A stretch of DNA of 64,000 nt, taken from Raja brachyura. Its lineage: Eukaryota. The notes under the pieces were generated by a model that was given only the letters and a program-made list of their open reading frames with translations, was not told where the DNA came from and did not search any database. Location of the stretch: NCBI GenBank assembly GCA_963514005.1, contig OY740810.1, positions 19,654,001 to 19,718,000 of the forward strand, read 5' to 3'. Positions 1 to 13,745 of the stretch are shown in pieces. Within the stretch, counting starts at the first letter, position 1. Every line of letters begins with the position of its first letter. A program made the translations under genes and the position numbers.

Positions 1-560
1 ACGCTTATCATTCCATTGAATTTTCAGGATTTTGCACCGACAGTTTTCTAATGCTTTGCGATGACTGCTGTATGTTGTTATCATATCTGAAGCATATAAT
101 TGGAGGGGAGAAATTGTTGCTGCCTGGTAGACCATTAGTTTTGTGCCGAGTCAGGGTTGTTTATCTGCCTTTCCAACAATCAAGGTTATGCAACTGCATT
201 GATGTCAGTACAGTGTCACCACTGATGTCTGCCTATGCCTAGAGTTGGCTCCCACGATAAGAGCATTTTACAGGGTCATGTCATGACCTTTATTGTCATA
301 GGGCAGGTGGTGCACAGAAGAAAGGTTGGTTTTGTTGGTATTAAGGATCACTCTCTCATGCTTCAGTGAAGCAGTTGACAATGAATAATTTTCTAGCTGT
401 TCTGAACATCAGGATCACTCCCCTTGGGAAATTTGTTGAAGTGGTGCATTATTGCAGCAAGAAAGATTGAGAAAAGTGTTGGGGAGATGTCATCAGCTTA
501 TTTTATACCAGTCTTCACAGAGATTAATACTGTTGTAGAACCATTCAGCATCATCGCTTA
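1..560 (-). mobile_element. Degenerate RTE-clade LINE reverse transcriptase relic
   Basis: Minus-strand translation gives VKTGIK*ADDISPTLFSIFLAAIM and GTKLMVYQAATISPLQLYASDMITTYSSHRKALENCRCKILKIQWNDKR, resembling the RTE motifs TGVKQGCVLAPTLFSIF and TKLKVYRAVVLPTLLYG..LRKILxIxWQDR; contains stops and frameshifts. Confidence 0.75.
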
Positions 561-2139
561 AACACAATCGTGAAGTAAACACAGAAGGAAATAATAAATG
601 TAGTGGAGCACCAAATTTGAAGGTGTTCCATTATCTACTCATTCCCCCATCTCACAACTTACCACTATACCTCGGTACATTTGACAATAAATAAAATTGT
701 GTTGAAAATGGCAATATACCACAACTGGTGCCTGCATTATAAGTTGGAGTTGTTGCACAGTGAAGATTATGTCCACTCCGACTCTGGATGGACAAATTCA
801 TAATGTGATTTACGCTATTTCCTTTGACAAGAATAAGGTGAAGTGGAAAGATTTTTATGTAGGCAGCGTGCAAAATGAATGCTCAACGAGCCAAGTGTTA
901 CTTCGTAACAGTGATTGCTTCGATATGGCATTGTCTTAATGGGGTATCATAACCCTCAATGCAAAGTGGGGAAACCTATATACTTCAGATACAATTATTC
1001 TTCTATTATTGTTCTGTGAACCCAGTGTTCACAGCTGAAACTCCAGTTGCCAATCACTGGTACTACCCTAACTCTCCACCTTTGAATTCAATGGGATGTC
1101 CGCACCACAAGTCAAAAGCTTTCTCCCTCTGCTTGGTGAAATTGTTGCCATGGTAACCCATTGACACATACAACTCTTTACTAAATCTTGTGTTTATAAC
1201 AGAAAAAATGTGCCAAGATGCTTCACAAAGGCATGATGAGACAGGAATGGATGCCAATTTAAAGTTGAAGAGCAGAAGACCTAAAGCTTGTGTCAAAGAG
1301 CTCTGCGTGAGAACTTTACCTTTTTTAATTTTTATCAGAGCATTTAGCAATTAAGCATAGGGACATAAAGACATTTATATAGAACCTCAAGATATCTACT
1401 TGTACTTTATTGTCAATTACATCCATTTGGAATTGCCTTTTTCAAAACTTTGGAAATGCAGCAGTTGCCGCTGTAAGGTTTCAACTTAATAATGATAAAT
1501 CATTGTAATATTTGCTAAAGGATACATATTTTCTGTAAAACTCTAATCTGCATTTGGTTTATTTTCTCTTATGCACTATCTAATGTACTCATGTCTGGTA
1601 TGATTTGTCTACATAGCACGCAAAACAGTTTTTGACTGTATCTCAGTACACATGATAATAATAAACCAATACCGGGAACGCTTACACTGCTCTTTGAAAT
1701 GGTGCCATGGGATCTTTTATATTCACCGAAGGTGGCAGACAGGCTGACTAACCAGGGACACAGCATTACCAAATCATTCTCTCATTGGGAGTGACAGTCT
1801 AGATGTGTGATCATTTCTCCAGAGAAAGATTTTTAAGTCCACATGCCTCCTGCTGTGAATGTTGTCACAGAGCCAACAAAGGGAATTCTTTGTAAGTACA
1901 AGTTTGGGTTTCTCTGAAATTGATTCTACCAAAGATAATTAACAAGAAGCAACCCAATTGTTGTGGCAGATCACTCACACTTCCATCTACACCAACATCC
2001 CTCCCCATTTTTCAGGTCCAAAGAACCCACTGAAATAGTTATTTGACTGCCATTGCAACAAGCACTGTACAGTTGTCACAAAACAAAATCCCAGATGTGA
2101 TCACCCCGCCCGGCCTGATAACGGCCTCTGCTTGTAAAC

Positions 2140-2660
2140 CCGCTAAACCTGTACTTACCCCTTTCCAATCCACCCTGCACTTCTCCTCCATCCATCCATC
2201 CTGTACTGATCCCCCATCCATCCTGTACTAATCCACGCTTTCATCCCGTACTGACTCCATTTACCCTGCACCTTCCCCTCATTCATCCTGCACAGACCCT
2301 CCATTCCACACTGTACTGACCCCCCCCCCACCCCCAATTCATCCTGCGCTGATTTCCCCCATCCCCCATCCATCCTGTACTGATCCTCCCATTCAAGAAG
2401 AATGGGGGGAACAGTCTGAAGAAGGGTCTGGACCCGAAACATTGCCTATTTTCTTCACTGCATAGATGCTGCCTCACTCGCTGAGTTTCTCCAGCACTTT
2501 TGTCTACCCCCATCCATCCCATACCAAACCCCCCCATTCAACATCACTGACACCCCCGGTGGTCTCCCCTCACAATTTTACCTACTCCAACCAACACGTA
2601 CTAATTCACCTGCCTCAATCCATCCATTCTGCACTGACTGCCTTCTAACCCCCCCCCCCA
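2140..2660. repeat. Degenerate C-rich tandem repeat (ccatcctgtactga-like units) interrupted by a Penelope-derived short repeat at about 2411-2508
   Basis: Recurrent cctgtact(g/a)a and ccatcc units; embedded gtctgaagaagggtctggacccgaaac...tttgtctac segment. Confidence 0.7.
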
Positions 2661-2699
2661 CAATGGAATGCAACCAAATGTGTTTTAATTCCCTATGTT

Positions 2700-3301
2700 A
2701 TTATTTGTTTTAATCCATAAAGATGGATTAATTAAATTGTGAACACTTGAAACATTTAAACCGCAGAGTTCGATTGTCACTGCTGCCGTTGACACGTTAT
2801 TACAGAGTTCATTTTAACGGCAAATCAATGCTCTAATATGGAGTATCAGTACTGTAGTTATTTAATGAGCAACATTCACAACTATACGTACACATATATG
2901 TTACCATGGTTCAGGATTTATTAACACAGGTTGATCATACGCTGAATAATCCAACCACATTTTTGTTTGGAAGTGGAAAGAACTAATAGAAATTGCATTA
3001 ATTACAATGTGTAAAAAGAGTTGAGATACTGTCTTATAATTTTGCTGCATGTCATTGTGGTATATTTCATGTCTTGATTGGTGAATATGTTTAGTTTGTG
3101 ACTTTATTTGAAGCAGAAATAATATGTGAATGCTTCATTGAGTATATTTCCGACTGGTGACTACGCACTTCGTCCGAGCACATTATCGCATGCGTCATGC
3201 AAGCCATCTTAAATGACCACCTAAACTGTCATTTGGCAACCTAAAAAGCTGCCAAGGTTGCCCGGCTGGCAACAGGGAAAAAAAGTTAAGCGAGAGCCCT
3301 A
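2700..3301. mobile_element. Possible end of a hAT-like DNA transposon
   Basis: Terminates in gttaagcgagagcccta (reverse complement TAGGGCTCTCGCTTAAC, a TAGGG-type TIR) after a ggcaac-rich subterminal region; no partner TIR found and the left boundary is a guess. Confidence 0.35.
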
Positions 3302-3914
3302 GTGATTAAACAACTTGATATTGTACAGTCCCTTTCAACATAGAAAAATGTCCAAAACGGCATCAAAAAGCAGAGTGAAACAAAAGGAATTGAAAAGTCA
3401 AGTTTAAATTCAATAAAATTATTGTATGAAGGGAGGGAAGTGGAGAACTGAAGATATTTAAGAAGGGACCAAAATTCCAATTCACAACAGACAAAATGTG
3501 AAGAGACGCCACCAAGGCACCATACGTTTGACAGCCTCGCCACCAGTCTCTCTGTTTCTTCGTCTTTTTTTTGTTATTTTTAGCACGTTTTAAAGGTTTG
3601 TGTAAATGTTCTCTGGATTGTTTTACATGGGGGAGGGGGAAGGAGTCAGGGGAGACTCTGACCGTCTTAATACAAAAAATTGAAATATGATGTTAGCATA
3701 CTCATCATTTTATCCACATTGACACAAGATCAGTCTATCCAGTCGACTGGTGTTCCATATGGCTATATTGTTCCATATGGCCATATTCTCTGTATCAGAG
3801 GGTCCTGTCCAAGAAATGAGCAATACAAATCCAGTAAAAATAAAATCTAAATCTGTTGACAAATAAGACGAGTGCACTTTATTGGACCTATTGTGTTCCT
3901 TGATTGCAGAAAAA

Positions 3915-4625
3915 TCATAAACATAGAAACATAGAAATTAGGTGCAGGAGTAGGCCATTCGGCCCTTCGAGCCTGCACCGCCATTCAATATGATCATGGC
4001 TGATCATCCAACTCAGTATCCCGTACCTGCCTTCTCTCCATACCCTCTGATCCCCTTAGCCACAAGGGCCACATCTAACTCCCTCTTAAATATAGCCAAT
4101 TAACTGGCCTCAACTACCCTCTGTGGCAGAGAGTTCCAGAGACCCACCACTCTCTGTGTGAAAAAATTCCTTCTCATCTCGGTCCTAAAGGATTTCCCCC
4201 TTATCCTTAAGCTGTGACCCCTTGTCCTGGACCTCCCCAACATCGGGAACAATCTTCCTGCATCTAGCCTGTCCAACCCCTTAAGAATCTTGTAAGTTTC
4301 TATAAGATCCCCTCTCAATCTCCTAAATTCTAGAGAGTATAAACCGAGTCTATGCAGTCTTTGTTCATAAGACAGTCCTGACATCCCAGGAATCAGTCTG
4401 GTGAACCTTCGCTGCACTCCCTCTATGGCAATAATGTCCTTCCTCAGATTTGGAGACCAGAACTGTACGCAATACTCCAGGTGTGGTCTCACCAAGACCC
4501 CATACAACTGAAGTAGAACCTCCATGCTCCTATACTCAAATCCTTTTGCTATGAAAGCTAACATACCATTGGCTTTCTTCACTGCCTGCTGTACCTGCAT
4601 GCCTACTTTCAATGACTGGTGTAGA
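3915..4625 (-). mobile_element. CR1/HER1-type LINE, 5'-truncated 3' end
   Basis: ORF 4100-4681(-) includes QVQQAVKKANGMLAFI..LVRPHLEYCVQFWSP..RRFTRLIPGM..RTRGHSL..FFTQRVVGLWNSLP (CR1 ORF2 C-terminus); (tttctatg)n tail reads catagaaa-catagaaa near 3921. Confidence 0.95.
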
Positions 4626-5079
4626 ATTAATGGACAGATTACCCAATTTCCAAGCAAAAAACAACAAGTCACCAGAGGCAATTTATTTCACTCTGGCACA
4701 AACTCACTGCATGTCAGCTGCTTGTCATCTGAATATTTGCCAAATAGCGCAATGTACTACAGCTGCTTTCCCTTACAATGACCACAAAATAATCAGTGAA
4801 AATTCATAGCATAGATAAAAAAATTGCTTCACACTTTGAAAATTTGTGGATGACATAACTTATGTAAATTGCATAAACAAGTAAACTCACATGCATTTAA
4901 ATATGGTGAATGGAAAAAACTTGTTTATTTCAGATCATCAATAGATGTAAGTAAGGCTTGGACTTAATGCCTACCCTATTCACTGGCCCCCAATTTCAAT
5001 CCATGCTGAATGATTACAAAGAGCTAATTCTGGACTAAATTCCGTTTATGTGACACAAAAATGTAAACGTATATTCATA

Positions 5080-5860
5080 GAATTGGCATGAAGAATCATC
5101 ACAAGACCTCTCACAAAGAAAATCCCCTCAAATATGTTGCCTAGTCTGAATGAAAGGCATTGCAGATTACTGAGGGAGAGAAATTAACAAGGCACTGGTC
5201 GCAATCTTCCAAAGATACGGGGTTTGTGAGAAAATGAAAATGTTACACTCTTATTCAAAAATAAAAGGATGCAAGTTTAAACCCTGTAACTACAAGTCAG
5301 CCTGTGTAACTTGAGTGATGGGAAAGCTACTACAGACATAATTACAGCACAAAATTTGCAATTGGACGTGAATAAATAAAGGAAAAGTAGAAGGGATGTG
5401 TCAAAGGAATCTATTAATCAACATTTTTAATGAGGTTATAAAGGATTCCACAGTTGGCAATTGTATGTTGAACATTAATAAGGAATTTGACAAAAATACT
5501 GCAGATGCTACAAAACTGAAATAAGAATAGGTGTTGAGATGCACTTGGCACTTGCTGAAGTACCACCAAATACACGTCAGGAAAATTGAGTCATGGAGCA
5601 CAGAAAGAGGGGAAAGTGAAATTAAGGATTCAAAATTGACAAATAAACAAGAAAAAAACAATGGTGAACATCTTTTTAATCTGAGATGATTGGTGCTTGG
5701 TTCACTACTTATCCAGATATAATCCTAAAGGAGTGATGAACACTTAAATTAACAGGACATTTCAAAACTTGCTGAGGGCAAAGCCTGGAAGCAGAGAAAC
5801 AGCAAGAATAGTGACATAATTCACATGGACATTGAAAAGGTTGGTGAAACAGGCAAGCAC
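5080..5860 (+). mobile_element. Highly degraded CR1-like LINE fragment
   Basis: Remnants such as aatgttacactcttattcaaaa..aaccctgtaactacaagtcag (NVTPLFKK..PGNYRPVS-like). Confidence 0.5.
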
Positions 5861-6299
5861 AAAGCAGACCTGACTCTAGCCATTGCCATCTTACTTTACC
5901 CTCAATCAAAATGGCGATGGTATCATGACAGTATTGTCAAAGAACATTTACCAGGAAACTATTCAAAGCTTGTCTTGGTTTTTTTTTTAACCAACTCCAC
6001 ACCTCATTAGAGCTTTGATCCAAACATGGGGAAGAAAGGCAAATTCTGGTGGCATTGAGAGTAGCCATTCTTATCCCCAAGGAGGCTCCTGACCAAGTGT
6101 GGCATCGAAGAACACGGTAAAACTGAGAAAATGGCAAAAAGGGAAACTACCCCATGGTTAGTGATAAATCCAAAGATGGCTATCAGCCGTGGAAATCATT
6201 CACATCAGCAGAACTGAAAGTAACCTTTGTGTCATGTGGCTGTTGGGAAATGAGCATATTGAAGGAGGAAAAATACAATGAACCATCTGGGCAATCAAA

Positions 6300-6670
6300 A
6301 GCATGATATCACCCTCCTATTCAGCCTCCTGCTGGGGTTACCATTAAGCATTAATGTAAATGGATCATACCATGACAATAGTAAGTCAGAAGTTGCGATC
6401 AAGCAGCTATTGATTAATCTCCTGACACCCCAAACCCTTTCCACCATATCCAAGGCACATATCAGCAATGTGATGGAAAACTCTCCGTTTGCCTGGATGA
6501 GCACAGCTTCAGCAAGAGTCAGGAAGCTTTTTACAAGAGAGGAAACAAAGCCATTTAGCTGAAACCCCACCCCCCCATTCGAATATTTCACTTCCTCCAT
6601 CACTATACACAACGGGTGTAATACATACCATCAACATTGCAGTTACTCACTATAGCTATTCCAACAAGAA
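6300..6670 (+). mobile_element. Old LINE (CR1/L2-like) RT C-terminal fragment; related relics at about 50700-51100 and 53000-53700
   Basis: ORF 6278-6562 contains LLTPQTLSTISKAHISNVMENSPFAWMS, resembling a LINE LSTIYKAQVRSVMEYSPLAW motif. Confidence 0.55.
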
Positions 6671-8660
6671 GGAAATGAGCATTCACTCAAATGGGATTAT
6701 TAAAAGTCTCTCAGTAGCTAGTGGGAGGTAAAGAAACAGAAATGTTGGCAGATTGTATAAAGATGTGAAACCAACAGGGTTGTCATAGTGGGCGACTTCC
6801 CCAAAATCAACCGGTGCAAAAGGCTTATTTTGGGCAAAAGGCTTATTTGGGGCAGAATTTATTGAGTATATCCAAGAGGGTTTCTTGAAACTGTGTGTGG
6901 ATAGTCCAACTCAAGGAGGGACCATACTGGACCGAGAAATGGGAAATAAGTCTGGCCAGGTGACTGGTGTTTCAGTGGCAGAGCTTTCTGGGAACAGTGA
7001 TCACTACATAGGTTTTAAGATAGTTATGAATTAAGGATAGGTCTGTACATTTCAGGGAAAGTACGAAATTGAGGCAAGGCAGATTACAATATTTGGCATG
7101 AATTAGGGAGAGCAAATTGGAAAAAGCTGTTATCGAGTAATCACATCAGACAAGTAATTTAAAGACCAGCTGATCAGAGTTCTGGAGTGGCATGTTCCAG
7201 TGAGGAAGAGGGATAGCAAGGAAAGGGAACTGTAGGTGATCAGAGAGTTGTAAACTTAGTTGAAAAGGAAGAAGGTTCAGGCATTGAGGAATATAAAACA
7301 AGCACAAAAGAACTCATGCAGGAAATTAGAAGGACCAAAAGGGGCCCTGAAGTGTCATTAGCAAGTCAGATTAAAGTAAATCCTATGGCTTTTTAGTACA
7401 TTAAAAACAGGAGTGTAACTATGGAGAAGGTAGGACCACTTAAGGATAAAAGGAGAACATTTATTCTTGGAGTCAGAGGATGTAGGTGATGCATTAAATG
7501 CGTACTTTGCATATGTATTCGCCAAGAAGGACAAGAAGCATAGTGGATCAGTGTGCTAATATGCAAGGACAGTTTGAGGTCATGATGCACATGGTGTTGG
7601 CCATCTTGAAAGGCTTGAGGGGAGATAAATCTATCCTGGGTTATTGTGAGATGCAAGAGACCTGGGTTATTGTGAGATGCAAGAGAGGAAATTGCAGGGG
7701 CCTTGACAAAGAACTTTGTATCCTCTCAAGCCACAAGTAAAATCCCAGAAGACTGGAGAGTAGCCAATATTGTTCCTTGGTTTCAGAAGGGAAATTGAGA
7801 TAATCCAAGAAATTGTAGGACAGTGAGCTTCATGTCCACGGTAGGGAAGTTATTGGAGATTCTTCAGATAGGATTTACTCCCTTTTGGAAGAAAATTGGA
7901 TAATTAGGGACAGTTAGCTTGGAGCCTTTTTCTGCAGCAGATCAAGGTTCACTAATGATTGAGTCCTTTTTTTCTTTAGGTGACAAAGGTGATTGAGGAA
8001 GGTAGAGCAGTGGATGTTGTCCACGTGTACTTTAGTAAGGATTTGATAAAGTCCCCCATGGTAGGCTGATCCAGAAGATTAATATGCATAGGATCCATGG
8101 TGATTTGGTAGTTTGGATTCAGAATTGACTTGCCAATAGAAGGCCGAGGGCAGTGGTGAAAGGGAGTTATTCTAACTGGAGGTCTTTGACCAGTAGTGTT
8201 CTGCAGGGTTCTTTGTTAGGGCCTCTGTTTGTGAGATATAAATGACTTGGACATTAATATAGATAGGTTGGTTACTAAGTTTGCAGACAATGCCAAAATG
8301 GTGGAGTTGGAGACAGTGATAAAGGCTGTCAAATAATAGAGCAGGATATAGATCAGTTACATATGTAGAAATTAAGTTTAATCGGAGCAAATGTGAAGTG
8401 TTTGCACTTTAGGTGGTCAAATACAAGTGGATAGTATATAATTAATTGTAAGACCCTTGACAGTATTGATGTACAGAGGGATCTTGGGGTCTACGTCAAT
8501 AGCTCCCCGAAAATGGCAACAAATAGATAACGTAGTCAAAGCGGCTTATGGTATGCTAACCTTCATCAGTCAGGGCATTGAACACAAGAGTCAGATTGCA
8601 GTTTTATAGAACTATGGTTAGGCCGCATTTGCAGTCACGGTCACCCCATTGCAGGAAGGA

Positions 8661-9927
8661 CTCGGCTTTCAGGTCGGGCGATGCCCGTGCCTATAGTTCA
8701 TCGAGGGCCATCAAGAACGTTAAACACAGATACAAGCTGCGGATCGAGGAGCACTTCGACAGCAACTCCGACCCCCAACGCACGTGGCATGGCATCCAGG
8801 CCATCACTGACTACAGAGCCACCAACTCCACCCCCACTTCCAGCGACACATCCTTCCTCGAGGAACTCAATCACTTTTATGGCTGCTTTGAAAGGGACAA
8901 CCAAGAGTTGGCCATCAAGGCTGTGATCCCCGATGACCACCAGCCCCTCACACTCAACCCCTACGACATGCACGTGGCACTGAGTAGGATCAATGTACGT
9001 AAGGCTGCCGGCTCTGACGGCATCCCCGGCGCGTCCTCAGGACCTGTGCTGCACAGCTGACAGACGTCTGGACTGACATCTTCAACCTGTCACTTGCCCA
9101 GGCAGTTGTCCCCACGTGCCTTAAAACTACCTCCATCGTGCCAGTGCCAAAACACTCCACTGCGGCGAGCCTCAACAACTTCCGCCCAGTTGCACTCACC
9201 CCTATCAAGTGCTTTGAAAGGCTGGTCATGGCACACCTCAAATGCTGCCTACCTACCACTCTGGACCCCTACCAGTTTGCATACTGCAAGAACAGGAGCA
9301 CGCCATCTCAACAGCACTCCACTCCGCCCCCTCCCACCTCGACAACAGAAACACTTATGTGAGAATGCTGTTCATCGACTACAGCTCAGCATTCAACACC
9401 ATTAACCCCTCTAAACTGATCGCCAAACTCGATGACCTGGGCATCAACGCCTCCCTCTGCAATTGGTTACTGGACTTTCTAACCAACAGACCATAGTCTG
9501 TTAGGTTGGATAACCATTCCTCTTCTATCCTCACCCTGAACACTGGCGTACCCCAGGGCTGCGTGCTGAGCCCCCTCCTCTACTCCCGCTTCACCTACGA
9601 CTGCATACCTATACATGGTACCAACACCATCATCAAGTATGCAGATGACACGACGGTGATTGGCCTCATCAGCGACAACGATGAGTCGGCCTACAGGGAG
9701 GAGGTTCAGCTCCTAACAGCATGGTGTGCCGACAATAACCTGGCCCAGACTATCCAATCACCAGCAAATTGCACGGATACCACTGTATATGTATAGATGT
9801 ATATACTCATACTACTGCGCAATTACTTGTTTATTCGTAAGTTCGCCCTTCGGAGATACCAACTGCATTTCGTTGTCTCTGTATTGTACACTGCACAATG
9901 ACAATTAAAGATTGAATTGAATTGAAA
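8661..9927 (+). mobile_element. Rex1/Babar-clade LINE fragment (frameshifted RT)
   Basis: [70 protein letters not shown] and IKYADDTTVIGLI motifs; (ttgaa)n tail at about 9905-9927. Confidence 0.9.
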
Positions 9928-10208
9928 TGATGTGGAGGCTTTGGAGAGGGTACAGAACAGTTTTGCAGTATGCGGGGGCATTAGTTATAAGGAGAGATCG
10001 GAGAGGGAACTTCCATTGTTTTCTCTGGAGCATCAGAGGATGAGGGAGAACTGTTAAAAGTGTATTACAGCATGAGCATCATAGATGGGGTAGACAAAAT
10101 CTTTTTCCCAGGGCAGCATTGTCAAAGTTAGAGGCTCCAAGGTCAGATGGGAGAAGTTTACATGCAAGGCATGTTTGTTCAAATAGTGGTGGATGTCTGG
10201 AATGCAAT

Positions 10209-11479
10209 TCCCCATTTCCCTGGTCAATTCTTCCCTTCCCTCCCTCTCCACCCCTTCCCCGGGCACTTTCCCTTGCAACCGCAAGAGATGCTACACTTGT
10301 TGCTTTACCTCCCCCCTCCACTCCATTCAAGGACCCAAGCAGTAATTCCAGGTCAGACAGAGGTTCACCTGCACCTCTTCATAACAAGAGGATTTCAGTA
10401 CAGGAGTAAAGAGGTTCTTCTGCAGTTGTATAGGGCTCTGGTGAGACGACATCTGGAGTATTGTGTAAACTTGGTCTCCTAATTTGAGGAAGGACATCCT
10501 TGTGATTGAGGCAGTGCAGCGTAGGTTCACGAGATTGATCCCTGGGATGGCGGGACTGTCTTATGAGGAAAGATTGAAAAGACTAGGCTTGTATTCACTG
10601 GAGTTTAGAAGGATGAGGGGGAATCTTATAGAAACATATAAAATTATAAAAGGACTGGACAAGCTACATGCAGGAAAAATGTTCCCCATGTTGGGTGAGA
10701 CCAGAACCAGGGGCCACAGTCTTAGAATAAAAGGGAGGTCATTTAAGACTGAGCTGAGAAAAAACTTTTTTACCAATTTATGGAATTCCCTGCCACAGAG
10801 GGAAGTGGAGGCCAAATCACTGGATGGATTTAAGAGAGAGTTCGATAGAGCTCTAGGGGCTAGTGGAGTCAAGGGACATGGGGACAAGGCTGGCACAGGT
10901 TATTGATAGCGGACGATCAGCCATGATCATATTAAATGGCGGAGCTGGCTCGAAGGGCAGAATGGCCTCCTCCTGCACCTATTTTCTATGTTTCCTCCAA
11001 CCTCATGTATTGCATCCGCTGCTCTAGATGCCAGCTGATCTATATCGGTGAGACCAAGCGGAGGCTTGGCAATCGTTTCGCTGAACACCTCCGCTCGGTC
11101 TGCATTAACCAACCCGACCTCCCGGTGGCTCAGCACTTCAACTCCCCCTCCCATTCCGTATCCGACCTCTCTGTCCTGGGCCTCCTCCACGGCCAGAGTG
11201 AGCAACACCGCAAATTGGAGGAACAGCACCTCATATTCCGCTTGGGGAGTCTGCATCCTCTTGGCATGAACATCGAATTCTCTCAATTTTGTTAACCCTT
11301 GTTGTCTCCTCCCCTTCCCACCTCTCCCTCAGCCCTCGGGCTCCTCCTCCTCCTTCTCCTTTCTTCCCCCCGCCTCCCCCCACCAATCTGAAGAAGGGTT
11401 TTGGCTCGAAACGTTGCCTATCTCCTTCGCTCCATAGATGCTGCTGCACCCGCTGAGTTTCTCCAGCATTTTGTGTACC
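10209..11479 (+). mobile_element. Penelope-like element 3' part with GIY-YIG endonuclease and terminal repeat
   Basis: PGTFPCNRKRCYTC..FTCTS joined across an insertion to SNLMYCIRCSRCQLIYIGETKRRLGNRFAEHLRSV..PVAQHFN..EQHLIFRLGSLHPLGMN; flanked by a 12-bp TSD ctggaatg(c/t)aat at 10197-10208 and 11480-11491. Confidence 0.9.
10377..10991 (+). mobile_element. Younger CR1 3' fragment inserted in the Penelope element
   Basis: ORFs 10147-10482 and 10484-10906 (FITRGFQYRSKEVLLQLYRALVRRHLEYC..RRFTRLIPGM..RTRGHSL); ends in ttttctatgt and splits the Penelope reading at FTCTS|SNLMY. Confidence 0.92.
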
Positions 11480-13578
11480 CTGGAATGTAATGTTGGGTTT
11501 GGTGGTGGAAGCAGCTACAATAATTGCATTTAAGAGGATTGTAGATGGCCACATGGATAGACAGGGAATGGAGGGATAAAGAGCACATGTAGGCAGAGGA
11601 AATTTGTTTAACTTGGGATCATGTTCGGCACAGACATTGTGGGCCGAAAGGCCTGTTCCGTGTTCTCGAATTTTCATAAATACAGCCCCAACACAAAGGA
11701 CAAGGGGAGGTTGAGAACGCATCCAACAGATTCCTCATCAAAGTGCACACTACCTGAAGTAAACTGCCATTCATTCAGCGAAGCTGCATATATAGATGGG
11801 AGTGCAATCGTTCAAGAAAACAGCTCCTCCACATTTTCTTATGAGCATGTAGGGGGTAATAAATGACACCTGCTGACAACGCTCATAAAAGTAGAGAGTT
11901 TACTATGGAGGAGCAAAGTACTTCAATGAAAAAAAGAGGCTATAAACGGATACGAGAACAGAGTGACTGCTAAATCTGTGTACAGAAATCTTTTAATGTG
12001 GCAGGGCAGGTCAAGAAAGCACATATGTTGAATATGTGGAGGATAGCAAATAACAATGCAAATGCCTGGGAAAGAGTTCCCAAAATGTTACCAGAATCAA
12101 TAAGTGACTGAAAAAATAAAGATTGTTTTTTGCATAAGAGGAAGCCAAGCAGTGAAAGATCTCAAAATCACAAAGGGTCTTAATAATGTAAATACCAATA
12201 AGCCTATCTAATGGCAAACGGGTCAAGGAACAGAAGGTACAGGTGTATAGATTGATTACAGGGATCCAGTGATGACAGAAAGAAAATGGAGTCAGTGATG
12301 CAGCACAGAAAAAGGCTCCAGACTCCATCTGCACAAACCATCAAGCGCCTATTTCCACAATACACATTATTCATTTCATCCCTAACCATCTTCTCTCCAC
12401 GTTCCACATCCCCCCCCCCCCCCCCCAAGATTCTAACACTCACCTGGACAATAGGGGAAATTTACAGTAGCCAATTAACCTCCCCACCAGCATGCCTTTG
12501 GGATGCGAGATAAAACCAGGACACCCAAAGAAAACACATGCAGTCACAGGGAGAACATGTAAACTCCACACAGGGAAAAATCCAGAGATCAGCATTGAAT
12601 TTTGTGACGAGACAGCAGCTCAACTTACCACTGTGGCATCCCAAACCCTTTTCATGCCAAGAGTAATTATGAACGAGCAACTTAGACAATTTAGAGATAT
12701 AGATAAGCAGATTCAGTTTTGACCAAACATGTAGTTGAAGGTAAAAGCATCACAGGGTTTCAGGGAAAGATATATGGATTGGGTGCAGCCAAGTAGCTCT
12801 TACAAAAGCCAGTTTACGGTCGTCGGTGTTATAAAATATCACCTTGTTCACGTGGGCATATAAACCCAATACAAAAATCACTCTTCAGACCTGTTTTCTG
12901 CGTTGCACAATGCTACACTATTTACACATGATATAGTTAGAGCACATAAGAACACATGCAGGTAAATATGCTTTACGGCTAACGGTATAGTACAAGATTA
13001 GTAAATTAGTAAATCCCAGTTTAAGGACAATTGTGGATTGAAAACTCCCGTCAACTGCTCATAGGTTTGAGATGCAGCCAAATTATTTGGAGCGAGGCCT
13101 TTCCTCCATTGATCTTTCAGTTTAAAAAAGGAAGATACTGTCGATGCTGATAATTTATGAAAGATGTATGATATCGCCTGGACCCGAGAGTTCCTTCAAA
13201 ACCCACCAGACAATGGTACGGGTGAACACTCGGTGCGGACAGCTGGCTCCCTCGGGCTGTTCTGTGGAGAATTGCCCCCGCACCCTCCTCCACCTTCACA
13301 TAGGGTACCGGTGATGAGAGGGAAAGACAGCGGAACGGCCCGGTCGGGTCCCGGCCATCGACCAGTTGCTGGGATCAGGTTTCCATCACCACAGAACACC
13401 TTCCACTGCCCGTGTCCGGCCCAGCGCGGTCGCTTCGGCCGCCCGGGGTCCCGGAGCCGCAGGACAATTACGATGCGCAGGTTCCGGCCCCGGGGTCTAC
13501 GCGCCTGCGGCCCACAGGCTCGGCCCGACGTCATGCCTTAGCAGCACCGGGGTTAAGTGTTTACCGCCGCCCACTCAC

Positions 13579-13740
13579 CTTCTACAGGGCCCTATAATAA
13601 AGCCGGCTCCTGTCCCCAACTTCATTCAAACTCACTGCGGGACACGATGCCGGGAACCCGCACTGCCGCAACCTCGGCCTTTCATCCCGCGACAAGGCAG
13701 CCGCGGCCGCAGGATCATCCTTAACCCGCAGATAGGCGGC
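13579..13740 (-). other. Putative non-coding first exon (5' end approximate)
   Basis: Minus-strand donor GAAG|GTGAGTGG with the intron starting at 13578, inside the CpG island; no downstream coding exons recognised in the window. Confidence 0.5.
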
Positions 13741-13745
13741 GCCTT

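Larger units (their letters stand above)
6690..11670 (+). mobile_element. Old CR1 LINE (APE-RT-3'UTR), host of three nested insertions
   Basis: NRVVIVGDFPKIN (APE-like) near 6770; RT remnants (EDWRVANIVP, KFADNAK, VRPHL); reading SPHCRKD stops near 8660 and resumes DVEALERVQ near 9929; 3' end resumes at 11480 and runs to gggccgaaaggcctgtt. Confidence 0.85.

Noticed and set aside
652-974. Apparent minus-strand coding exon with a GTAAGT donor at 662
   Set aside because: No homology and a poor acceptor; the donor-proximal sequence cactatacctcggtacatttgacaataaa is a retroposon 3' tail.
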